Under the pieces are notes generated by a model. The model was not told where the DNA came from. It made no database searches and saw nothing but the letters and a program-made list of their open reading frames with translations. A stretch of DNA of 64,000 nt from positions 32,001 to 96,000 of the IMG/VR virus record IMGVR_UViG_3300044852_000015. One strand, 5' to 3'. Positions 18,829 to 28,978 of this stretch are shown here, piece after piece; the first letter of the stretch is position 1; every line of letters starts with the position of its first letter. The position numbers and the translations under genes are program-made. The stretch is from a virus. Its lineage: Duplodnaviria; Caudoviricetes.

Positions 18829-20881
18829 TAAGGTAATCCTCCAGCTTTGGGTTCAGTCCAGCTTTTATATCATCCACGAAGCGATCAAAGTCCACAGGCA
18901 CCATGACACGGACTTTAAACTTACGGGCTTTGTCAATTTTACCACCACCACCTTCACCTGCTAACAACACATCGGTTTTCTTTGTTACGTCACTCGAGAC
19001 ATTCGCCCCGAACCCAGCCAACAGGTCTTTCAACTGATCACGGGAGTAGTGATCGAAGGAACCTGTGATCGCCCAGTTCTGTCCCGCCAAGTCTTGGTTA
19101 GACGAGTTGAACAGAGGGTTAGTCAGTTCGAGGATCTCCAACAGCGCCGTGTAGGTTTCACGGTTGCGTGGATCTTTGAACCAGTTGACCAGACTCGCAG
19201 CAGTTTCATCGCCAATGTCTTTTATGCCCTTGAAGTCCTCATAAGACGCATGACCAATTTCACTGGCTGTAGCAAACCGACGAGCCAACCGCTTGGAGGT
19301 ACCTTCCCCAACTTCAGGGATACCCAGACCAAACAAGAAGTTGTGTAGGTTCTGCTTACGGGACGTATGGATCGCTACATGGCTGTCACGCGCCGAAGTC
19401 GCTGCAAACCCTGGGAGTTCTAAGAAGTCCGTGGCAACCAGCTTGAACAGGTCTTGAGGACGCTGGATCTTCCCGGCTTCAATCAGGCAGTCCAAGGTCG
19501 CTGGGCCAATCCCGTCAATGTTCAAAGCACCGCGAGAAACGAAGTGTTCGAAACGGCGCTGGGTTTGTGCGGAACATTCCCAACCGTTCTGACACATCAG
19601 GTCTGCACCCACCTTGACCAGCACGGAGTTACACACCGGACAGTGGGTAGGGGGTTCTACCTGAGCATGGGGAGTGTTCTTCATCACCACCCGCAGGATC
19701 TTGGGAATCACGTCACCAGCACGGCAGACGCGAATCTCATCCAGCAAGCCCAGACCCAGTCGAGTGACTTCGTCGTAGTTGTGGAGTGTGACTGAGGAAA
19801 CCGTAACCCCAGCCAGATGCACTGGGAGGATCTTGGCTACTGGAGTCACCTGACCGGTACGTCCCACTTGGTTCACCACGTTCTGGAGTACAGACGTAGC
19901 TTCTTCCGCTTGGAACTTCAGTGCAATCGCCCACCGTGGCTCACGACTACGGTAGCCCAACTTACGCTGGAGTGCCAGTTCGTTAACCTTGAACACCAAC
20001 CCGTCGATCTCGTAAGCGAGGTTCGGACGAGCAGTCTCCATCAACTCGATGAAGCACTCAGCGTCTTTGGCGTTGTCGATTGGGAATGTCGGGTTGACAT
20101 TGAATCCCCACTCAGCAGCCTTCTGTAGTTGCTTCTCATGGAAAGGCTTGATCTCTTGGATCATCCCGTACATGTAGAAAGTCAGACCACGATCTTTCAC
20201 CACACCCGAGTCAGACTGCCGCAGGGTACCCGCCGCCGCATTACGTGGGTTGGCCTTAGGTTCTTGTCCTTGAGCGATCAGTCGGTCGTTCAGCGCAAGG
20301 AACTGGGCTTTATGCATGGTCACTTCACCACGCACCTCTACCACCTCAGGCCAGTCGTCCCCTTTGAGTTCCATGGGGATGCCTTCAACCATGCGCAGGT
20401 TGTCTGTGACATCTTCCCCTACTTCCCCATCACCCCGCGTTACACCTTGAGCGAACACACCGTCAATGTAACGCAAGCCCACAGCTAGGCCGTCGAGCTT
20501 GACTTCACCCGTCGCCTTGGGATCGACGTGGCGACTACCTTCAGTCTCAGTCAGCCCTGTAAGGCCATACCACTTCATCAGGTCGTCAAAGTTAAACACG
20601 TTACCCAAGCTAAGCATCGGGATTACGTGGCGGACCTTTTGGAAGCCCCGTTCTTTGGGAGTGTAACCAACCCTCTGTGTCGGAGAGTCTGGTGTGACCA
20701 GATCAGGACGTTGTAGTTCGAGGGAGACCAGCTCGCGGTAATGGCGATCATAGTCAGTATCAGCAATGGTCGGAGCATCGTTGTCATGATACTCCTCGTT
20801 CCATTTATTGATCAGCCCTCGGAGTTCGAGGATTCTTTCCGGAATATCCACGGCTTCTAAGCTCCGTATTAGATTAAACAA
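18815..20881 (-). CDS. ligA: NAD-dependent DNA ligase
   Basis: SPTQRVG, MLSL, KLDG, TRGDG, NPRNAAAG, CPVC zinc finger, HhH, C-terminal BRCT; start may be GTG near 20851. Confidence 0.95.
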   Translation of the reverse strand: MFNLIRSLEAVDIPERILELRGLINKWNEEYHDNDAPTIADTDYDRHYRELVSLELQRPDLVTPDSPTQRVGYTPKERGFQKVRHVIPMLSLGNVFNFDDLMKWYGLTGLTETEGSRHVDPKATGEVKLDGLAVGLRYIDGVFAQGVTRGDGEVGEDVTDNLRMVEGIPMELKGDDWPEVVEVRGEVTMHKAQFLALNDRLIAQGQEPKANPRNAAAGTLRQSDSGVVKDRGLTFYMYGMIQEIKPFHEKQLQKAAEWGFNVNPTFPIDNAKDAECFIELMETARPNLAYEIDGLVFKVNELALQRKLGYRSREPRWAIALKFQAEEATSVLQNVVNQVGRTGQVTPVAKILPVHLAGVTVSSVTLHNYDEVTRLGLGLLDEIRVCRAGDVIPKILRVVMKNTPHAQVEPPTHCPVCNSVLVKVGADLMCQNGWECSAQTQRRFEHFVSRGALNIDGIGPATLDCLIEAGKIQRPQDLFKLVATDFLELPGFAATSARDSHVAIHTSRKQNLHNFLFGLGIPEVGEGTSKRLARRFATASEIGHASYEDFKGIKDIGDETAASLVNWFKDPRNRETYTALLEILELTNPLFNSSNQDLAGQNWAITGSFDHYSRDQLKDLLAGFGANVSSDVTKKTDVLLAGEGGGGKIDKARKFKVRVMVPVDFDRFVDDIKAGLNPKLEDYLSEEA

Positions 20882-20923
20882 AAAAAGAGTGAGGGGTTGG
20901 CCCTCCTCACTCTTACCGCAGGC

Positions 20924-21844
20924 TTACTCGGCCAGTAGGAACATACCCGAGTAAACTTTCTTCGGTCCTTGTGCAACCCCAACCACCGAGGCTTCGTTGT
21001 TGTGGTCGTAGTTTGCCATGAGTTCCATAACTACCATGTCCAACTCAACCGCAGCTTCGTCACGACCGAACGGTTGTGGGCGATGGCGGTACTGATCAAC
21101 CGGCTGAGGAGCTTCGAGCACCAGGTAACGTGGACCTTTGTCGATCATGTGGGCCACAACGTCGCCACGCTTGAACACAGGGCGTTCTTGCTGCAACAGG
21201 ATGACCACTTCGTCTTCAGCGAGAGCCAACGCCGTTTTGTCGCTGTTCTTGATGATCTTCTCGACTTCGGTACGATCCACTGGCGAGAGCAGCACGCCGG
21301 TGTAGTTGGAGATGTCGTAGTAGAGATTGCTTTCAACCCCGAAGGTGAAAGTGTGGAACTTGTCGCCGATCAGGAACTCTGCGCAGTACTCGGTAGACAA
21401 GCGGTAGTCTTGGGTGGACGCCAGCGCTTCACCATTGAGGTACAGGGTAGCAGTTTGACGCAGCCCTTTCTTCTGACCGACCACAGACATGTAGCAGTCA
21501 CGACGATTAGGCATGTCGTGGAACGGACGACCCATCCCTTGGTTAGGCTTAAAGGTCGCTTCGATTTTGGCGATAGCTTCAGCAACAGCAGGAGAGACTG
21601 GTGTCATTACGGCATTTCCTTTAACAGGGGAGGATTGGGTTGTGGTGGCTTCTACACGCGGGAGAATAGAAGGTTGTTGTAGGGGTAGTGGCTGAGTAGC
21701 TTGTACCCCTACCGGTTTGGTGGAGGTGGTGATTTGATTAGCGAGTTTGTCAGCCAACGCTTTAGAGCTAGTCTTTGGACCAGGTTTCTTGCCTGCTGCG
21801 GGTTTGGTGTCGGCAGGCTTGTTCTTCGGGATTCCACGTGGCAT
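20924..21844 (-). CDS. Hypothetical protein with basic, disordered N-terminus
   Basis: 306 aa, AAGGA RBS. Confidence 0.7.
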   Translation of the reverse strand: MPRGIPKNKPADTKPAAGKKPGPKTSSKALADKLANQITTSTKPVGVQATQPLPLQQPSILPRVEATTTQSSPVKGNAVMTPVSPAVAEAIAKIEATFKPNQGMGRPFHDMPNRRDCYMSVVGQKKGLRQTATLYLNGEALASTQDYRLSTEYCAEFLIGDKFHTFTFGVESNLYYDISNYTGVLLSPVDRTEVEKIIKNSDKTALALAEDEVVILLQQERPVFKRGDVVAHMIDKGPRYLVLEAPQPVDQYRHRPQPFGRDEAAVELDMVVMELMANYDHNNEASVVGVAQGPKKVYSGMFLLAE

Positions 21845-21859
21845 TGTCTTTTCCTTTCT

Positions 21860-22111
21860 TTAGGATTGATGATTGTATTTGTTGCGGATGGTTTCTACAC
21901 GGAGTTTCAAGTCCATGGGGAGGTACTCTTGGTGCACCATCTGATCAGCACGACCAATCAGATTCAGTGCTTCGGAGCCGTCCTTGGACATGCCCGGTGG
22001 GAACTCGATATAATGACGCCCGCTCTTGCTTGTGAACCTTACACCATCGAGTACGAACTCGAGGAACTCGCAGGCTGCACGTACTTCGGACTCTTCGATC
22101 TTTACAATCAT
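21860..22111 (-). CDS. Hypothetical protein
   Basis: GGAG RBS. Confidence 0.65.
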   Translation of the reverse strand: MIVKIEESEVRAACEFLEFVLDGVRFTSKSGRHYIEFPPGMSKDGSEALNLIGRADQMVHQEYLPMDLKLRVETIRNKYNHQS

Positions 22112-22217
22112 GGATAGCTCTCCTCAGAGCAGTTGGATAGAGATAGGGAATAAAGAACCCCTATCTCTATTCTTTTTTAAGAACAGGTTTGTTTGGTCAT
22201 TATATCAGCCGGAGCTG

Positions 22218-22655
22218 TTAAGATTTACGGGTGAACGTAGTTTCCTTGTAACGGGTCAGGTCCAAGTCCGAGCGATTCTCCTCGTGACATTGAACCAAGG
22301 TGAAGGCCAACGAGGCACACATCGAGTTCCACATACAGAGTTCTCGGTGTTCCTGTGGCGTTTCCAGGGTCAGGAACTTCACCAGCTTATCTAGCGCTTC
22401 CTGAGGTGTATTACCAAACCGCAAAGGAAACCACGGGATGTTGGTGAGGTGACCTTGCCAGAAGTCATCATCCTCAACCATACTCGGGAAAGTGTTGGCG
22501 TAGTTCTGGGTGTTGTCTTGGCTATAGATGAAGGCAGCGTAGCCACCCCAGCCTTGGTGTCGCAAACTACAGATGCTCAACGTGTTACCCAGAGCCGTTG
22601 GAGTATCGGCGTCGTTGTACATCTTGATGAACTTGTCGAGACCTTCGAGATTCAT
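22218..22655 (-). CDS. Hypothetical protein
   Basis: ATGA overlap with upstream gene. Confidence 0.65.
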   Translation of the reverse strand: MNLEGLDKFIKMYNDADTPTALGNTLSICSLRHQGWGGYAAFIYSQDNTQNYANTFPSMVEDDDFWQGHLTNIPWFPLRFGNTPQEALDKLVKFLTLETPQEHRELCMWNSMCASLAFTLVQCHEENRSDLDLTRYKETTFTRKS

Positions 22656-23887
22656 TTGCGATTCCTTGGGTCCCATTGGGTACCTTCCAGCAGATAGTCG
22701 AGTCCCCCTTCCTGTGCTTCCTTGATCGCTGCTTCACGATCGGACAGCTCTTCAGGAGTCAGTGGTGCTTCCATCATGATTGGATCAAACACGTGGTCTG
22801 ACCGATCAACAACCATGTACGCCATGGTCTCGTTACGACCCACACTTTGGGAGGTTGCGTAGGTCAGGTCTACGAACTCAGCGATGCGTGAGCCGCGCCC
22901 CGGTGGAGCGACTTCGTACTGGTGGGTTTTTCCCTGAACCAGATACTCCAGCTCGGCGTTCTCCCCAGGAACATACAACTCAACCACCCCAGTGATCCCA
23001 ATGTTGTGGAAGTTAGAGTGAGTGTGCTTCCAGACGTGGCCAGCGTGTTGGAACAGGTACGATTCGACCACTTCAACCTCCGGGCACAGATTAGACTCGA
23101 ATATGCGATGGTCCCAATGAAATGTTCCACTGAGGTCCACGTTACCGTTTGGTAGTAGATGTCCGCCAACCTTCAAACGGTTGTACAGGTCTTGGGCGAT
23201 CGGTACTGGGCCATCCTCGTAAGTCTCAGGAATCACCCCAGTGAGCAACCCGATCTCAGAAATCACTGGATCGCTGTCTTTACGAGCCCGGATCGCGTCA
23301 AGTTGAAAGTTTTCCCGTACAGTCAGGATAGGGTTGTGCTTACGATCCATTGGTTCTATATCCCAAATACCAGAAGGTCCATGTTTATCACGTTTTACAA
23401 TACCGTTCTCCACCACACGATCCGAACGGAACATGTAGTCGAAGCAGGCCTCGTCGTCTAACCCAAAGTCCACACTGTGTTCCTCGCTGGAAACACTCAA
23501 CTCAGGGAAAGGTTTGTAGTTGGTGTCATCGCCGTACAGATTCAACAAACTGCCGATGCGGATCTCACCTTCAGGAGCCTCGTTGACCCAGTCCTGTACG
23601 AACTGCATCTCTAAGCCTGACCAGTAGTCATGGACCACTTGGCGTTCGATGTGCTCCGGCAAGCCTGAGTGGTTGAACGGGTCAAACCCGACCATCACCA
23701 CACGAGAGACCGTATTGCGCAGTGGTTTGTGTTGGTTCTTGGTGCGCTTGAATTGAACACCCTTGATCTCAGGGAACTCGTAGCCAGCTTCACGGAACTC
23801 CCGAGCTTTGCGAGCGATGTACAGAGTATCGACATGATTGAAGCCTGGGTTGTACACGCCATCTTTCCAGCCACGTTCGTTACTCAT
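22652..23887 (-). CDS. Hypothetical protein (411 aa)
   Basis: Long ORF in coupled operon. Confidence 0.75.
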   Translation of the reverse strand: MSNERGWKDGVYNPGFNHVDTLYIARKAREFREAGYEFPEIKGVQFKRTKNQHKPLRNTVSRVVMVGFDPFNHSGLPEHIERQVVHDYWSGLEMQFVQDWVNEAPEGEIRIGSLLNLYGDDTNYKPFPELSVSSEEHSVDFGLDDEACFDYMFRSDRVVENGIVKRDKHGPSGIWDIEPMDRKHNPILTVRENFQLDAIRARKDSDPVISEIGLLTGVIPETYEDGPVPIAQDLYNRLKVGGHLLPNGNVDLSGTFHWDHRIFESNLCPEVEVVESYLFQHAGHVWKHTHSNFHNIGITGVVELYVPGENAELEYLVQGKTHQYEVAPPGRGSRIAEFVDLTYATSQSVGRNETMAYMVVDRSDHVFDPIMMEAPLTPEELSDREAAIKEAQEGGLDYLLEGTQWDPRNRK

Positions 23888-24444
23888 TCTTTATCCTCCT
23901 CAGGGTCAAACTTCAGAAGCTCTGTTAAGTGCTGACGCAGCTCGGGGTTAGCACCCTTATCCAACAGCTCGTCAACATTCCCAGGAACAGGACGTAGGTC
24001 AGATTGATCGCCGAAACGCTCCCAGTGTTGGCGGATAGGGTTAGGGCGGGTCACAACCGGATGGGTAGTTCGGTCGATCGCTACGCCGTCTTTGAAGATC
24101 AGCGTCAGATCCTCACCCATCTCAGCCACTTGCTCAGGGGTGGCTTTGATAGCCAACTTGGTGTGATCACGATCCTTAGCCCGACTAGGATCACTCAAAC
24201 CAAGAGGTAGAGCAGCCCTATCCATACCCGAAGCAAGCTCTGCGTCTATACCGCCCCACAGGACATCGTAAGCTTCTTGACTGGTTAGCGGTGTCGTACT
24301 AGTTAGGTTAGGTAGTCGCATACTCAGCCGACCACTCGCAGTCTTAAAGTGGTCCATGGGGAGAAGCTGCACAGTTGCGGCAGTCAGCTTCGTCAATTCT
24401 TTAAGAGCTTTCTTGATGTGGCGTTTCTTTGGGTTCTTCATCAT
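23884..24444 (-). CDS. Hypothetical early protein
   Basis: AGGAG RBS; directly after an early promoter. Confidence 0.7.
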   Translation of the reverse strand: MMKNPKKRHIKKALKELTKLTAATVQLLPMDHFKTASGRLSMRLPNLTSTTPLTSQEAYDVLWGGIDAELASGMDRAALPLGLSDPSRAKDRDHTKLAIKATPEQVAEMGEDLTLIFKDGVAIDRTTHPVVTRPNPIRQHWERFGDQSDLRPVPGNVDELLDKGANPELRQHLTELLKFDPEEDKE

Positions 24445-24480
24445 AGATCTCCTCAGATCGTTTAGGTTAGTATTGCCCTT

Positions 24481-24500
24481 AGGTAATATATACTTGAAAT
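24481..24500 (-). promoter_or_regulatory. Early promoter (TATATTAC)
   Basis: Minus strand ATTTCAAGTATATATTACCT. Confidence 0.8.
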
Positions 24501-24650
24501 CTGGTTGGTTAGAGGGAGTGTTTAGTTACATACGCAGTGTACCCTATGTTGGTTTTGGGGATTGTTTTTGACAGACGATTTTGAAACCTAATGTTATAGT
24601 CACGGACTAATTACTGTCCCCTGTTAGTAGCCAAATTTAAGGTTTGAGTC

Positions 24651-27158
24651 ATGATTAAAGAGATGATCAAGTTTGACGGTTCCAGCGAGCCCTTCATTGC
24701 CGAGAAGGCCAAGAAGTGGGGACAATGGGCAGGCCGCAAGCTCGGTAGCCGAGTGGACTGGGCGAGCATCCTGCTGGATGCAGTTAATGAATGTCCTCCG
24801 GTGCTGAGTACTCAAGACTTCCAGGAAAAGCTGATTGACGTCACCCTACGTGGTGAGAGCTGGGCACACTACCTGATGGCAGGTAAACTCTATGCCCCGC
24901 TGATCATGAAAAAGACCTTCGGACAGAAAGTACCGACGGTGCGTGAGCTACACTTGTCGTTGGCTGAGAAAGGCTATATGTACAAGCTGGACTACTCCGA
25001 GGCTGAATACGCCGAAGTAGAAAAGCTGATCCAGCACAAGAAAGACCAGACTTACCCGCATTTCCGTAGCGAGTACATCTACAAGAAGTACGCCCTGCAA
25101 AATCGTATCGGTGCCGAACGCAATGTCTTCGAGACTCCACAGTTCGTGTACATGCGTATGGCCATGGCTCTCTCTGAAGAGCAGCCGCGTGAACGTCGCA
25201 TGACTGACGTTGCCAAGTTCTACGAGCACCTCTCGGACGCTCGCATCAACGCCCCCACCCCGAACTACGTGAACCTGGGTACTCCGTTGCGTGGTTTCGC
25301 TTCTTGCTGCATCTACAGCAACGAAGACACCGCTGCTTCGATCGGCATCGGCCTGCACATTGCTTACACCATGACCTACATGTCGGCAGGTTGTGGTACT
25401 CACCTGAACACTCGCTCGCTGGGTGACGCTGTTCGTGGTGGCATGATCAAACACCAAGGCAAACTCCCATACGTCCGTGCTACCAAGGCGATGGTCGAGG
25501 CCAACCTGCAAAACGGTCGTGGCGGTGCTGACACCCTGACCTACAGCATGTTCGATCCTGAAAACGAAACCATGTTGCAACTTCAGAACCCGATGTCGGT
25601 GGAAGACAAGCAGATCCGTGGTATCGACTACAGTGTGACGGTGAGTAAGTTCATCGCTCGCTTCGCTGGTGCCAAAGGTAAGCTGTTCAAGTTCAACTGC
25701 TTCACAGCACCTGATCTGTACGAAGCCTTCTACTCGGCAGACTTCCCACGCTTTGAAGAGCTGTACGCCAAGTACGAAGCTGACCCGCTCTTCGTCAAGG
25801 ACTACTTCAACGCCCGTGAGCTGGTGCTGGTGGCTCTGACGGAAGCTTTGGAAACTGGTCGTTACTACCTGACCTGGGCTGACGAGATGAATCGTCACAC
25901 CCCGTTCTACGATTCGATCTTCGCTTCCAACCTGTGCCAAGAGATCATGCTGCCTCAGCGTGGTTACGCCCACATGATGGACCTGTACTCCAGCTCGGCT
26001 GTGGGTTACATCAAACTCACCACCACTGACGGCAACCGCATCATGTTGGATGCGCCGCAGAAGGTCTGGGTAGATCGTGCTCCGCCTGAAGGTGCTGCTC
26101 CGGGACGCATCGGTCGTAAGGCCATTGCTGCTATCGAGTTGGGACCTGATGAATCGTTCCGCACCGTTAAGGACGGCCTGACTTACAAAGTCGCCAGCAT
26201 TGACGAGATCAAACACGAGCCAGAAGTGGCTATGTGTAACATCGGTGGTGTGGTTCCAGCCAACATCGACAGCGACGCACAGTGGGCAGAAGTTACTTAC
26301 TACGCCTTGCTGATGATCGACATCTGCATTCACAAAGCCGAATACGAACTACCACACATCGGGTTTACCTCGAAGGCTCGTATGAACGCTGGCGTGGGTC
26401 TGATGGGTGTTGCTACCTGGATGGCGAAGAACAACTACAAGTACAGTAGTCAAGAAGGCAAGAACGCTCTGTTCCACCTCGACGAAACGCACATGTACCA
26501 CCTGATCACTCAGTCGATCAAGTTGGGCAAAGAGCGTGGCAATGCTGAGTGGATGCACCGCACCCGCTGGCCAGAAGGCTACCTCCCACAAGACAGTGCA
26601 AACCAGAACGTCCTCGAACTGGTGACTGTGGGTCCTGCTCGCGATTGGGCTCCTGTGCGTCAAGACCTGATCGACAACGAAGGTATGCGTTTCTCCTGCG
26701 TCAACTCCCACATGCCAGGTGAGTCCAGCTCGAAAGCTGCTGGTCAACCAAACGGTCGTTACCCAGTGCGTGACGTGGTGATGACCAAGACCGACAACGG
26801 CATTGTGTCGCGTTGGGCTGCTCCTGAGGGTGACCTGTGGGGTGATCGTTACGAGATCGCATGGGACGTTCCACCTGATGACCAGATCGACAGCTACGCC
26901 GTCGGTCAGTACTGGTGCGACCAAGGGATGTCGGCTGACCAATGGCGTCGTTTGCCACAAGGTGAGACGGTAGGTTCGGCTGAGTTGCTGAAAGGCTTCT
27001 TCCGCATGACCAAGTACGGGTTCAAGTCTCGTTACTACTACAACACTCTGACCACCGAAGCCAAGACACTGAGCAACGGTGAGATCGTGATGGTTGAAGT
27101 ACGTAACACCGACAAGCTCCCGGAAGCTGACTGCGGTGCTGGTGGCTGCAAAATGTAA
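24651..27158 (+). CDS. nrdA: Class Ia ribonucleotide reductase alpha subunit
   Basis: ETPQF, PTP, ASCC, SNLCQE, AMCN, KSRYYY, C-terminal CGAGGC. Confidence 0.95.
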   Translation: MIKEMIKFDGSSEPFIAEKAKKWGQWAGRKLGSRVDWASILLDAVNECPPVLSTQDFQEKLIDVTLRGESWAHYLMAGKLYAPLIMKKTFGQKVPTVRELHLSLAEKGYMYKLDYSEAEYAEVEKLIQHKKDQTYPHFRSEYIYKKYALQNRIGAERNVFETPQFVYMRMAMALSEEQPRERRMTDVAKFYEHLSDARINAPTPNYVNLGTPLRGFASCCIYSNEDTAASIGIGLHIAYTMTYMSAGCGTHLNTRSLGDAVRGGMIKHQGKLPYVRATKAMVEANLQNGRGGADTLTYSMFDPENETMLQLQNPMSVEDKQIRGIDYSVTVSKFIARFAGAKGKLFKFNCFTAPDLYEAFYSADFPRFEELYAKYEADPLFVKDYFNARELVLVALTEALETGRYYLTWADEMNRHTPFYDSIFASNLCQEIMLPQRGYAHMMDLYSSSAVGYIKLTTTDGNRIMLDAPQKVWVDRAPPEGAAPGRIGRKAIAAIELGPDESFRTVKDGLTYKVASIDEIKHEPEVAMCNIGGVVPANIDSDAQWAEVTYYALLMIDICIHKAEYELPHIGFTSKARMNAGVGLMGVATWMAKNNYKYSSQEGKNALFHLDETHMYHLITQSIKLGKERGNAEWMHRTRWPEGYLPQDSANQNVLELVTVGPARDWAPVRQDLIDNEGMRFSCVNSHMPGESSSKAAGQPNGRYPVRDVVMTKTDNGIVSRWAAPEGDLWGDRYEIAWDVPPDDQIDSYAVGQYWCDQGMSADQWRRLPQGETVGSAELLKGFFRMTKYGFKSRYYYNTLTTEAKTLSNGEIVMVEVRNTDKLPEADCGAGGCKM

Positions 27159-27217
27159 CACTGGTGGGGCGTTCTGGGGAGCGCCCTTTCCTTTAATAGT
27201 CTTTAGAGAGTGTTCTC

Positions 27218-28384
27218 GTGACAGTACCAGTAATGATTCAAACGGGGTTTTCCAAAGCTCCACCGCAGATTGATCCAGCCATCTTCAACACTAACAAAAC
27301 GGATTACCAGAACACCAGCCTGTTGCTAGGGCAACCTGGGGGTTTGTTCGACACGGTGAATAAGCAGTTTCCTCAAGTATGGAAGCTGTACAAGACCGTG
27401 AAGTCTTTGGACTGGGATGAACTAGAGATCCCAATGTCTTCCTGTAAGGCTGAGTTCAAGTCTCTACCTCGCACCAAATCCCAAAAGATGATCAAGTCTC
27501 TGGCTTGGCAATGGGAAGCTGACTCTGTTGCATCTCGCAGCATCAGTCACATCGTCAGCCTGTTTAACCCGGCATCGGAACTGTGGGCAGCTTGGCAGCG
27601 TATCTCTGACCAAGAAGTGATCCACGCAGCGACCTACTCCGAGATCGTTCGGGCTAGCTTCGACAATCCTCGTGAAGTCCTCGACAAGATCCTGGAAGTT
27701 ACCGAGGCTATGCAACGCTTGGAAACGGTTGCAACCGAGATGCGCTGGATTCGTGAGCGTGGCTTGCGTTTCCAACTGGGTGAGTTCCCAGCAGACCAAG
27801 AAACCTACAACGCAGCCTTCATGTTTGCGTTCGTGATGTTTGTACTGGAACGTTTGCAGTTCATGGCATCGTTCGGTGTAACCTTCGCACTGGCTGCTGA
27901 AGACTTGTTCATCCCGATCTGCAAGATGGTGCAGAAGATCGCACAAGACGAGTACGAGACTCACTGTGCGCTGGACTTCGCTGTCCTGCAACACGAGATG
28001 ACAACTGAACGTGGGCAGATTGCTTACCAACAGTTGCGTCCTCGTATGAACCGCCTGTTGAACGAAGTCATCGCCTGCGAACTGAACTGGTCGGACTTCG
28101 TGTACTGGGACGAGGAAACTCAGACCTACGTCGAAGACCTGAAGTACTGCTCCCGTGCTCAGCTCAAAGACTCCGTCCTGTTCCATGCAACCTACGTGTC
28201 TCGTTCGATGCGTTTGGACATGGAGTACCCGCAAGTCGAGAACTTACCACTCCACTACATGAAGACCTGGATGAACATGGGTGACACCCAGCCTTCACCT
28301 CAGGAACAAGCCAACGCCCAGTACAAGGTAAACGTCGTTGTTCGTGACGACGATGACGTGGACTTTGATGTCTCCGGTTTCTAA
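27218..28384 (+). CDS. nrdB: Class Ia ribonucleotide reductase beta subunit
   Basis: EADS, EVIHAATY (radical Tyr), LERLQF, DEYETH, SPQE...Y. Confidence 0.93.
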   Translation: MTVPVMIQTGFSKAPPQIDPAIFNTNKTDYQNTSLLLGQPGGLFDTVNKQFPQVWKLYKTVKSLDWDELEIPMSSCKAEFKSLPRTKSQKMIKSLAWQWEADSVASRSISHIVSLFNPASELWAAWQRISDQEVIHAATYSEIVRASFDNPREVLDKILEVTEAMQRLETVATEMRWIRERGLRFQLGEFPADQETYNAAFMFAFVMFVLERLQFMASFGVTFALAAEDLFIPICKMVQKIAQDEYETHCALDFAVLQHEMTTERGQIAYQQLRPRMNRLLNEVIACELNWSDFVYWDEETQTYVEDLKYCSRAQLKDSVLFHATYVSRSMRLDMEYPQVENLPLHYMKTWMNMGDTQPSPQEQANAQYKVNVVVRDDDDVDFDVSGF

Positions 28385-28396
28385 AAGGATCTAGTC

Positions 28397-28546
28397 ATGC
28401 CTGAATCAGTTAAAGTCGCTTTGTGGATTGCCTGCCTGTGTAGCTTGGTCTTCACGGTTGGTGCTTGTTTGTTCTTTAAAGGAGCTAAGCAGAATGACTG
28501 CGACCGCTTCGGGACACTGGATTCTCCGACTACTAAAGATGTCTAA
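28397..28546 (+). CDS. Small membrane peptide, 49 aa
   Basis: AAGGA RBS; MPESVKVALWIACLCSLVFTVGACLFFK...; translated by hand. Confidence 0.55.
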   Translation: MPESVKVALWIACLCSLVFTVGACLFFKGAKQNDCDRFGTLDSPTTKDV

Positions 28547-28563
28547 TGGAAAGGGGTAGCGTC

Positions 28564-28653
28564 ATGTCGTTCTTACTTGGTGTGGGCGTAACAATTTTAG
28601 CGGTTGTAGGTGCAGCACTTTACTGCGGTTACAAGTTGTGGTCACGGACATAG
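28564..28653 (+). CDS. Small membrane peptide, 29 aa
   Basis: AAGGGG RBS; MSFLLGVGVTILAVVGAALYCGYKLWSRT. Confidence 0.5.
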   Translation: MSFLLGVGVTILAVVGAALYCGYKLWSRT

Positions 28654-28664
28654 TTGGATAAACC

Positions 28665-28934
28665 ATGGAACCATTGTCTTTCGACATTATGGATCGCCTT
28701 CGGGTGTGCTTTGAATCCCGTGAGTACCAGATCCGCCATGAACACTGTGCGGGCTACGTGATTATGGATGACGGTACTGAACGGTACTTCAAGATCGTCA
28801 ACGGCCTGTGTAAGCCCGAAGAAGTAGAACAACTGTTCAACTGTACGGGTATTGCTCAAGTCATCGTACGTAACGTCCCAGGGGCTTTAACCTGCGAGTA
28901 CGTGAACACTGCTGATTACGGTTTCACGCATTAA
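28665..28934 (+). CDS. Hypothetical protein
   Basis: 89 aa, last gene of the nrd operon. Confidence 0.6.
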   Translation: MEPLSFDIMDRLRVCFESREYQIRHEHCAGYVIMDDGTERYFKIVNGLCKPEEVEQLFNCTGIAQVIVRNVPGALTCEYVNTADYGFTH

Positions 28935-28937
28935 CAG

Positions 28938-28974
28938 AAAAAAAAGAAGGGGCTCGCACCCCTTCTTTTATGCC
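28938..28974. terminator. Bidirectional terminator
   Basis: A-tract, AGAAGGGG...CCCCTTCT, then TTTATGCC. Confidence 0.85.
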
Positions 28975-28978
28975 GCCA

